64,000 nucleotides of DNA from a candidate division FCPU426 bacterium (GTDB lineage Bacteria > Oederibacteriota > PGYV01 > Palsa-1178). Shown here one piece after another: positions 36,731 through 44,647 of the stretch. A model generated the notes under the pieces. The model did not search any database. It had not been told where the DNA came from and saw nothing but the letters and a program-made list of their open reading frames with translations. Made by a program: the position numbers and the translations under genes. The stretch's first letter is position 1, and each line of letters starts with the position of its first letter. The stretch spans positions 768,001-832,000 of the forward strand of contig CAWIXE010000001.1 in assembly GCA_963840035.1 (NCBI GenBank), in the 5' to 3' direction.

Positions 36731-37759
36731 ATGAAAAACATCTTTAAATTTATGCTCGTCGCGCTGGTACCTTTCATCGCGATAGCGGGCTGTTCAAAAA
36801 GGCAGGGCATAACGTACCCCGTTACAACACCGGGGATTACAGCTTCAAGGACAAACACGCCGGTTATAATAAACACATCGACGTTTACCAAAACAGCCAC
36901 AAGGACGCCGGTGTATACATCCACGGCGACGAAGACAAACACACAGGTTGTGGTGAATTCATCAACATCAACGGCTACTGTAACTGAGACATCAACGGGA
37001 ATATCAACAGCAACATCAACGGCGACAGCTACACAGACAGCGACAAATATCGCGGCGGCAATGGCCACCGCAATAGGCGGCATAGCGCAGCCGACAGTAG
37101 CCCTTGGCACATCAGCGCGTTTTGCTGTAATGTCAAATCAGGACCTGACCAACATACCTTCCAGTTCGATTTTCGGGGATGTTGGCATTAGCCCGGGATT
37201 AAGGTCAAATATAGTGGCATTAATTGACGGCGACGGGCAGGTTGACGGGACACACGCCATATACGCGGCTGACGACTTAACTCCTCCTGGAGTAGCCGCA
37301 ATGCTGATACAGGCTTATGACGACGCTGTGGCAGCTTACGGCGACGCTGTAAACGCCTCGCGCGGAACGCCTACCTCGATTTCAGGAGATATAAACGGGC
37401 TGACTCTGGCGCCGGGACTTTATGAATCAGGCTCATCCATTGAAATATCGCCTGGCGGAAAACTTTACTTAGACGGCCTTGGCGATTTAAACGCCGTATG
37501 GGTGATACGCAGCGCTACTTCAATCACAACAGAAAGCACCAGCGAGGTAATCCTCGCGGGCGGCGCGCAGGCAAAGAACATTTTCTGGGTGGCCGGTTCT
37601 ACAATTACACTCGGGACAAACTCAATCATGAAAGGCACGCTTATCGCGAGTTCTTCGATATCGCTGCTTAACATGGCTGACTTAAACGGCAGGGCGATCA
37701 TTCAGAGCGCGGCAGCCGGACAGATATCTTTAAGCCAGAACATCATAGTCCTTCCGTAA
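36731..37759 (+). CDS. Ice-binding-like (DUF3494) lipoprotein 2
   Basis: Lipobox IAGC, long Thr linker, LTLAPGLY..GAQAKNIFWVAGS..LNGRAI. Confidence 0.9.
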   Translation: MKNIFKFMLVALVPFIAIAGCSKRQGITYPVTTPGITASRTNTPVIINTSTFTKTATRTPVYTSTATKTNTQVVVNSSTSTATVTETSTGISTATSTATATQTATNIAAAMATAIGGIAQPTVALGTSARFAVMSNQDLTNIPSSSIFGDVGISPGLRSNIVALIDGDGQVDGTHAIYAADDLTPPGVAAMLIQAYDDAVAAYGDAVNASRGTPTSISGDINGLTLAPGLYESGSSIEISPGGKLYLDGLGDLNAVWVIRSATSITTESTSEVILAGGAQAKNIFWVAGSTITLGTNSIMKGTLIASSSISLLNMADLNGRAIIQSAAAGQISLSQNIIVLP

Positions 37760-37819
37760 GAATAACGATCCGGGCAGGGCAATAAAAACCCTGCCCGGAA
37801 TCAAAAAAGGAGATAAAAA

Positions 37820-38887
37820 ATGAAAAAGATCATGATAATGCTCGCGCTTTTGTTAACCGCCGGTATCGGAGCGGCGCAGACGCAGTTAACCACGGAAAGC
37901 TGGGCAGTAGGAGGCGGTTTAAGCTATCCCAGATACGCTTCCATCAACATAGACGCGCTTAACACAAACATAGGCGCCTACCTTTCAATACAGCGCAATT
38001 TCACTGAGCACCTCGGATTAAGGCTTAAGGCGGGATATTCCTACATGGAAGGCCAGTACACTAACGGTTCGCTTGAAGTTATCAACCAGGCAACGGGATT
38101 GATAACCGGAGATCTTGATGTGCTGTTTTACCCTGTACCGTGTGAACCGGTTTCGCCGTATTTATTTGCCGGGGCCGGCGGAAATTTCAAAATGATTAAA
38201 AATCCGCAGACTGTCATTGAAGACGCGGCAAAAGCAGGAGCGCAGTTAAACCTGGGAGCGGGAGTGGATTTCAGCCTTACTTCAGACCTTAATCTTGTCG
38301 GGGAGTTTGGATATCACATAACTGACGGTTCATCCCTTGAAGGCACAATAGTCCCGGGAGAGGTAAGCGCCCAGGACACGTATCTTGCTTTCACCATCGG
38401 GGTGAATTATCTTTTTGGAAAAGGCGCGGAGTCAAAGCTATGCGCACCCGGAATTGTTTCCGAAGGCGGCGGAGTAACCCAGGCAATGAAGGACAGAATT
38501 AACTACAACAGCAGGGTCATAGACAAGTATGTGCTCTCCATTGCCAATGACAAACTTGTACTGACAGGCGTGAATTTTGAATTCAATAAATCAATCCTGA
38601 CGCCGGAATCCGATGATACGCTCGATAAAACCGTAAAGATCCTGAAGGACAAACCTTCAATAAAGGTTGAGATACGCGGATACACCGATTCTGAAGGAAG
38701 CAATGACTATAATGTAGGCCTTTCCCTGGACAGGGCTAAAGCTGTAAGGAACCATTTAATATCCAAGGGCATAGACGCAAACAGGCTCACAACGGTCAGC
38801 ATGGGGCAAACTGGCTCGGTGTATGACAATAAGACGGAAGAAGGCAGGGAAATGAACAGGAAAGTGGTTTTAAGGATAATAAAATAA
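37820..38887 (+). CDS. OmpA-family outer-membrane protein
   Basis: N-terminal barrel; VNFEFNKS, GYTDSEG..NVGLSLDRAKAV, GREMNRKV. Confidence 0.92.
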   Translation: MKKIMIMLALLLTAGIGAAQTQLTTESWAVGGGLSYPRYASINIDALNTNIGAYLSIQRNFTEHLGLRLKAGYSYMEGQYTNGSLEVINQATGLITGDLDVLFYPVPCEPVSPYLFAGAGGNFKMIKNPQTVIEDAAKAGAQLNLGAGVDFSLTSDLNLVGEFGYHITDGSSLEGTIVPGEVSAQDTYLAFTIGVNYLFGKGAESKLCAPGIVSEGGGVTQAMKDRINYNSRVIDKYVLSIANDKLVLTGVNFEFNKSILTPESDDTLDKTVKILKDKPSIKVEIRGYTDSEGSNDYNVGLSLDRAKAVRNHLISKGIDANRLTTVSMGQTGSVYDNKTEEGREMNRKVVLRIIK

Positions 38888-38912
38888 GGATATAAAAAAA
38901 TGGAGGAATAAA

Positions 38913-39713
38913 ATGAAAAAGATAATTCTATCTGTAGTATGCATTCTCTCGCTCTTTTCCCTTAACTTACTATCTCAGGGATGCTCAAAAGCAAGCCCGG
39001 CGTCGCCGGCAGCAACAGCAATACCCACGCCGATTGCCACAGCAGTGGGCGCCGTTGCGCAGGCAACGGTAGTCCTTGGATCGTCTTCAGCGTACGCGAT
39101 ACTTTCAAACTCGGCCATAACCAACATTCCGACTTCATCAATACTTGGTGATGTAGGCATAAGCCCGGGCGCGAGGGTGGATATAGCGGGATTGACCAAT
39201 CCGGAAGTAACAGGAACGATTTACGCATCGGATGACTCAGCGCCGGTGGCCACCATGCTGACCGAAGCTAAAACCGCCGCGTTAAACGCATACAACGACG
39301 CTGTAAACGCAGGACGCGGAACCCCGACGTCAATCGCCGGCAATCTGAACGGCCTGACGCTGGCACCCGGACTTTATGAGTCAGGTTCTTCAATTGAAAT
39401 ATCGCCGGGCGGCATGCTCTATTTAGACGGCGGCGGCGACTCTAACGCCGTATATGTATTCCGCAGCGCGACATCCATCACTACCGAAAGCACCAGCCAG
39501 GTAATACTTGCAGGCGGCACGCAGGCAAAAAACATTTTCTGGGTGGCAGGTTCGGCAATAACGCTGGGAACAAACTGCGTAATGAAAGGCACGTTAATCG
39601 CGGGCACTTCAATATCATGCCTGACAGGCTCGAGGCTTGACGGCAGGGCGCTGGTACAGGGCGCGGCCGCGGGACAGGTTTCATTGGACCATACAACAAT
39701 AGTAAAACCGTAG
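38913..39713 (+). CDS. Ice-binding-like (DUF3494) lipoprotein 3
   Basis: Lipobox SQGC; AYAILS..GDVGISP..AKNIFWVAGS..LDGRAL. Confidence 0.9.
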   Translation: MKKIILSVVCILSLFSLNLLSQGCSKASPASPAATAIPTPIATAVGAVAQATVVLGSSSAYAILSNSAITNIPTSSILGDVGISPGARVDIAGLTNPEVTGTIYASDDSAPVATMLTEAKTAALNAYNDAVNAGRGTPTSIAGNLNGLTLAPGLYESGSSIEISPGGMLYLDGGGDSNAVYVFRSATSITTESTSQVILAGGTQAKNIFWVAGSAITLGTNCVMKGTLIAGTSISCLTGSRLDGRALVQGAAAGQVSLDHTTIVKP

Positions 39714-39771
39714 TAAAAACAGCCGGACGGGATAATAATTCCGCCCGGCTAAAAAAAATGGAGAAAAACAA

Positions 39772-40521
39772 ATGAAAAAATTTTTAACAGCAGCCTTAAT
39801 GCTTTTCGCTTTAGTCTCAGTGGTATCAGCGGAAGACGCAAAAAAAGACCCGTTTCAGACCATCCGCCTCGGGCTTGAAGTGGATTACACAATGCCGGCG
39901 ATGGAACAGGTCAATGCCCAGCTAAACGACGGCGGGGACAAAGTAACCACAATAGGCCCGGCAATCGGCGCAATGCTGAGCCTGGATGTGGCGCCTGCGC
40001 CTTTCATAATGGCCGGGGCAAGGCTTGGATATATATACTGCATGCCGGGAAGCGCGGAATACCTTTTTGGAACAATAAAGGCTACAGCCAACGCGTCATT
40101 AATTCCGGTAGAGCTTGGTATCAGCACGAATTTTGAACTGCTTTCAACACCGCTTTCCATCATGGGAGGCATATACGGCGGCTATGGCTTTGCTATGGCA
40201 TCCAATAAACTGGATTATGACGTACTCGGAGTCACCGCAAGTTCAACGCAGAATTATGACGGGTCAGGCTTCGTCGGCGAGTTTATAGCGTCCATCAATT
40301 ACAAGCTTGTGTCAGGGGTATCAATAAACTTAAACGGCGGTTACAGGCTGGCTAAGATCCTGCAGCTGAAACAGTCCGCGGATGTGACCTACACGGATTC
40401 ACTCGGCATAGACCACACGGCGGGCGCGAAGGGCGACGTACTTAAGGATAACTCCAATAACGACCTTGCTTATGATTTCAGCGGGTTCAATATCGGCATA
40501 GGGGCAAGCGTAGGGTTCTAA
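39772..40521 (+). CDS. Outer-membrane beta-barrel protein
   Basis: Signal peptide, amphipathic strands, C-terminal DFSGFNIGIGASVGF. Confidence 0.75.
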   Translation: MKKFLTAALMLFALVSVVSAEDAKKDPFQTIRLGLEVDYTMPAMEQVNAQLNDGGDKVTTIGPAIGAMLSLDVAPAPFIMAGARLGYIYCMPGSAEYLFGTIKATANASLIPVELGISTNFELLSTPLSIMGGIYGGYGFAMASNKLDYDVLGVTASSTQNYDGSGFVGEFIASINYKLVSGVSINLNGGYRLAKILQLKQSADVTYTDSLGIDHTAGAKGDVLKDNSNNDLAYDFSGFNIGIGASVGF

Positions 40522-40584
40522 TGGACAGCATGAGACTTTAAAAGGCCCGCAGGAAAAGCCGGCCTAAAAAACAGGAGATATAAA

Positions 40585-40770
40585 ATGAACGCGCTTACTA
40601 TAAAAGGCAACTGGAAGGAAATGGCAGGAAGGCTCAAGCAGCAGTTCGCGAACTTAACCGATGACGACCTTTTGTTCGCCGAAGGAAAAGAAGAGGAACT
40701 GCTCGGCAGGCTTGAAAAAAAACTCGGCAAAACAAAGGAAGACGTACGCAGTTTGATTGAAAAGCTCTAA
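40585..40770 (+). CDS. csbD: CsbD-family general stress protein
   Basis: IKGNWKEMAGRLKQQFANLTDDDL..EGKEEELLGRL. Confidence 0.9.
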   Translation: MNALTIKGNWKEMAGRLKQQFANLTDDDLLFAEGKEEELLGRLEKKLGKTKEDVRSLIEKL

Positions 40771-40826
40771 ACACTCACGGCCCCGCGCCATTGACGGCGC
40801 GGGGCAATAAAAACAAGGGGATAAAA

Positions 40827-41291
40827 ATGAAAAAAATATTTGTTGCTGTAATTATGCTCTTTTTTATCGCGGCAGTTCCGACATCCGCGCAGGCCATGGA
40901 CGGGATCGGGTTATACGGAAATCTTGCCGGCAATGGCACGGGCGCCGGAGGCGGAGCCGGGCTTACTTTAAGATACGGATCTTTCCCGGTAATCGGGCTT
41001 GAGTGGAACTTTATGCCGCATTCATCGGTTATAGGGGCCAGCCTGGACGCGTGGATTGTCAATGACAGGATAGCGGAGAGGCTCTCTTACTATGTCGGAA
41101 TCGGCGGATACGCGGCCATTTCAGCTCCGGCTCCGAACGTATTTAACTTCGGGGGCAGGGTGCCGCTCGGGCTCCAGTTTTTCCCGGCAGACCCTTTTGA
41201 ACTGTTCCTAGAACTCTCACCCATGGTGATATTCCTTCCGACTATTGACTGGACCGTGTCAGTCAGGCTCGGATTCAGAATACTATACTAA
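40827..41291 (+). CDS. Small outer-membrane beta-barrel protein
   Basis: Signal peptide; YVGIGG, GRVPLGL..PFELFLE, terminal aromatic residue. Confidence 0.7.
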   Translation: MKKIFVAVIMLFFIAAVPTSAQAMDGIGLYGNLAGNGTGAGGGAGLTLRYGSFPVIGLEWNFMPHSSVIGASLDAWIVNDRIAERLSYYVGIGGYAAISAPAPNVFNFGGRVPLGLQFFPADPFELFLELSPMVIFLPTIDWTVSVRLGFRILY

Positions 41292-41294
41292 ACC

Positions 41295-41474
41295 ATGAAA
41301 ATTATAATCAAGGAGAAAAAAGTTATAAACACCCTGTTTGTCGTTGGAATGATCCTTCTGATACTCTGGATACTTGGGATAATAACATCATATACCATGG
41401 GTGGAGGAATACATGTAATGCTCGCCCTGGCGGTTATTTTTATTGTTGTCTGGCTCATGACGGGCCGCAAGTAA
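41295..41474 (+). CDS. lmo0937-family small membrane protein (absent from the ORF track)
   Basis: ..ILLILWILGIITSYTMGGGIHVMLALAVIFIVVWLMTGRK; start uncertain. Confidence 0.75.
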   Translation: MKIIIKEKKVINTLFVVGMILLILWILGIITSYTMGGGIHVMLALAVIFIVVWLMTGRK

Positions 41475-41579
41475 TATATTCCGGCGCGCTGCCGCATAAA
41501 AGGCTGCGCGCCCCGGACTCATAATTGAATTCTAAACAGAAATGGCGCGGAACAGCCGCGTGAGTATAAGGGGGAAATA

Positions 41580-43592
41580 ATGAAGGAATTTATGAAAAAG
41601 AAACTGTTCATTCCGGCATTGCTGCTGTTTTTGGCTCTTCCGGTATTTTCGGCCGGAGCAGAACTGCCTGTGGACCTGGGCCGCGCATGCGGGTTCGTGG
41701 TTTTAGACGGCAGCGGTTTTGCCAATACAGGGTCATCCGTATTAAACGGTGACCTTGGAAGCTATCCCACGACTACTGAGACGCTGGGACCGATTACCAT
41801 AAACGGGACAGACCATGCGGGAGACGGGTTTACCCAGGACGCAAAGATAGACCTGGTAACAGCTTATAACGACGGAGCCGGCCGCGCGATAACAGGCACT
41901 TTGGCCGTGGAACTCGGAGGCAGCACGCTCTTACCCGGAGTTTATGACTCACCAGGGACTTTCGGGCTGACCGGAACACTGACCCTTGACGGCGCCGGCG
42001 ATGATAACGCGGTCTTCATATTTAAAGCGGCCACCACGCTTACTACAGCGGGAAACAGCCTTATAACCCTTCAAAACGGGGCTCATTCAAAAAACATTTT
42101 CTGGATAGTGGGAAGTTCGGCATCAATCGGAGCATCGTGTGATTTTTCAGGGACTATAATTGCGCTTACGTCCATAACACTTATTACCGGAGCCACGGTT
42201 GACGGAAGGGTCCTGGCAAGGAACGGGGCAGTGGTGCTCGATGCAAACGTGATAGGGATAGCAAATCCCTGCGCTGTAAATACAGCCACTGCAACACAGA
42301 CTGAATCGTCAACGGAGATCGCGACGGCAAGCTATACTTCAACGCCGACATCTACAGAAACGTCAACGACAGTCTCGACGGCCAGTTATACTTCAACGCC
42401 GACATCGACAGAAACGTCAACTGCAGTGTCAACAGCAAGCTATACTTCAACGCTGACATCCACAGAGACGTCAACGATAGTCTCGACGGCCAGCTATACT
42501 TCAACACCGACATCGACAGAAACGTCAACGACAGTGTCAACAGCAAGTTATACTTCAACGCCGACATCCACAGAAACGTCAACGACAGTGCCGACAGCAA
42601 GCTATACTTCAACACCGACATCCACAGAAACGTCAACGACAGTGTCAACGGCAAGCTACACTTCAACACCGACATCCACAGAAACGACAACGACAGTGTC
42701 AACGGCAAGCTATACTTCAACGCCGACATCTACAGAGACGTCAACGACAGTGCCGACGGCAAGCTATACTTCAACGCCTACATCTACACAAACGTCAACA
42801 ACAGTGTCGACGGCCAGCTACACTTCAACGCCGACATCTACAGAAACGTCAACGACAGTGTCGACAGCAAGTTATACTTCAACGCCGACATCCACACAAA
42901 CGTCGACACAGACTGTCACTGAAACAGTTACTAAAACAGCCACAGCAACAGGGACGGGAACTTCGACGCCTACAGCGACAAAGACAATTACCGGAACCGC
43001 AACACAGACCGCTACAGGGACAAATACAACAACCCAGACAGCCACAAAAACGGGAACAGGCACCTCAACTGCGACAAAAACACAAACACAGACAATAACA
43101 CAGACACGCACGCAGACAAATACCGGGACTGCGACACCGACAAAAACTTCTACGGGCACATTTACGGCTACTCCGACATTCACATTAACGTCAACTAAGA
43201 CATCGACGCGAACCCCGGCTAATACAGCTACGGCAACACCGACCATAACGCTGACATCAACCATAACCCCGACATTTACCATAACGGAAACAGCTACTCC
43301 GGTACCGACGCCGTGTCTGGTGTGCGAATGCATTCCAATCTCTTACCCGCAGCCGGCAGTAAATGCGGTTACTTTCGCATACACGCTCTCTTCAGCTTCA
43401 AACGTGAAGGTATTTGTTTATAACCTTATGGGAACACAGATTGCCGTATATGAGAGGGCTTCGGTTGCCGCGGGCGTGAATACAATTATCTGCGATGTCA
43501 GCAAATACCCGCCGGGTATCTATTTCTACATAATAAAGGCGCCTGGCGCAGGTACTAAATTCAAAGTATCAAAATTCATGGTAGAGAGATAG
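41580..43592 (+). CDS. Secreted DUF3494 ice-binding-like protein with a Thr/Ser repeat stalk and T9SS-like C-terminal sorting domain
   Basis: Signal peptide; TLLPGVY..SKNIFWIVGSSA..DGRVLARNGAV; C-terminal YPQPA..VYNLMG..PGIYFY..KFMVER. Confidence 0.88.
   Translation: MKEFMKKKLFIPALLLFLALPVFSAGAELPVDLGRACGFVVLDGSGFANTGSSVLNGDLGSYPTTTETLGPITINGTDHAGDGFTQDAKIDLVTAYNDGAGRAITGTLAVELGGSTLLPGVYDSPGTFGLTGTLTLDGAGDDNAVFIFKAATTLTTAGNSLITLQNGAHSKNIFWIVGSSASIGASCDFSGTIIALTSITLITGATVDGRVLARNGAVVLDANVIGIANPCAVNTATATQTESSTEIATASYTSTPTSTETSTTVSTASYTSTPTSTETSTAVSTASYTSTLTSTETSTIVSTASYTSTPTSTETSTTVSTASYTSTPTSTETSTTVPTASYTSTPTSTETSTTVSTASYTSTPTSTETTTTVSTASYTSTPTSTETSTTVPTASYTSTPTSTQTSTTVSTASYTSTPTSTETSTTVSTASYTSTPTSTQTSTQTVTETVTKTATATGTGTSTPTATKTITGTATQTATGTNTTTQTATKTGTGTSTATKTQTQTITQTRTQTNTGTATPTKTSTGTFTATPTFTLTSTKTSTRTPANTATATPTITLTSTITPTFTITETATPVPTPCLVCECIPISYPQPAVNAVTFAYTLSSASNVKVFVYNLMGTQIAVYERASVAAGVNTIICDVSKYPPGIYFYIIKAPGAGTKFKVSKFMVER
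42324..42917 (+). repeat. 11 x 54-bp coding tandem repeat (TASYTSTPTSTETSTTVS)
   Basis: Counted in the translation; TA(T/C)ACTTCAAC recurs every 54 bp. Confidence 0.95.
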
Positions 43593-43601
43593 GTGGATAA
43601 T

Positions 43602-44561
43602 ATGAAAAAAATAATAATAGTCATCGCGCTGGCCATGGCGGCGGCCGTATCTTACGCTGCCGTAAATGAAAGCGTTTCAATAAGTTTTCCCCTGCTTGAC
43701 ATGGGCGCAGGCGCGCGCGCCTCAGCCATGGGAGATGCCTTTACGGCCGTTGCGGATGATTCAAGCGCGGTTTACTGGAACACAGCGGGCTTAGGGACAA
43801 TAAAAAGGCCGGAAGTATCGCTTACATACAATAAATGGTTCATGGACACCATGTTTTCCCAGCTGCTTTTGGCCTACCCTGTTTCAACAGGAACGATTGG
43901 CTTTGAAGCCGTGTATATGAACCTGGGGGATATGCCAATAAGGGATATTTATGGAATAACAACAATGACGGTATACCCTTACATACTTGGGGGAAGCCTG
44001 GGTTATGGCATAAGCATAGGGCAGTTTTCCGCCGGCGCGGCAATAAAAATAATAAGCCAGTCAACCGGAAACAATTCAAACGTGGCCTTTGCCGGGGACG
44101 CGGGAGTGCTCATTAAGGCGGGAATGTTCTCAGCGGGTTTATCCATTCAGAACGCCGGATACAGCGGCGGGTATTCGCTGCCCATGAACATAAAGGCCGG
44201 CGCCGCGATAATGCCTCTGGACTCGCCACAGCACACGCTAACGCTTGCCATTGATTCACAATACCTTTTTAAGGACGCTGTATCAATAAGCGCCGGCGTG
44301 GAATATGTTTTCATGGAAACCCTGGCCCTCAGGGCCGGGTATAAGGCAGGTTTCGGGGAACTGGAACTCGACGGCATCAGGGGAATAAGCGCAGGTCTGG
44401 GAGTCAGAGTTTCGGATATAAAAATCGATTATGCCGTAGCGCCGTACGGAGACCTGGGGCTTACGCACAGGGTGACACTATCGCTTATTTTCGGCAGTCA
44501 AAAAACCAATGCGGCAGGGGAAAATAAAGCAGGTACGGCGATAAATAAAAAACGCAAATAA
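43602..44561 (+). CDS. PorV/PorQ-like (UPF0164) outer-membrane protein
   Basis: GARASAMGDAFTAVADDSSAVYWN.AGL, LALRAGY, DYAVAPYGDLGLTHRVTL. Confidence 0.85.
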   Translation: MKKIIIVIALAMAAAVSYAAVNESVSISFPLLDMGAGARASAMGDAFTAVADDSSAVYWNTAGLGTIKRPEVSLTYNKWFMDTMFSQLLLAYPVSTGTIGFEAVYMNLGDMPIRDIYGITTMTVYPYILGGSLGYGISIGQFSAGAAIKIISQSTGNNSNVAFAGDAGVLIKAGMFSAGLSIQNAGYSGGYSLPMNIKAGAAIMPLDSPQHTLTLAIDSQYLFKDAVSISAGVEYVFMETLALRAGYKAGFGELELDGIRGISAGLGVRVSDIKIDYAVAPYGDLGLTHRVTLSLIFGSQKTNAAGENKAGTAINKKRK

Positions 44562-44647
44562 GGCACTGATAACATCAGAAAGGCGGCCGGAGCGGAAGTA
44601 TTTCCGCGGCAAACCGGCAGAACCGGCACACCGCCGGCGGAGTCACA

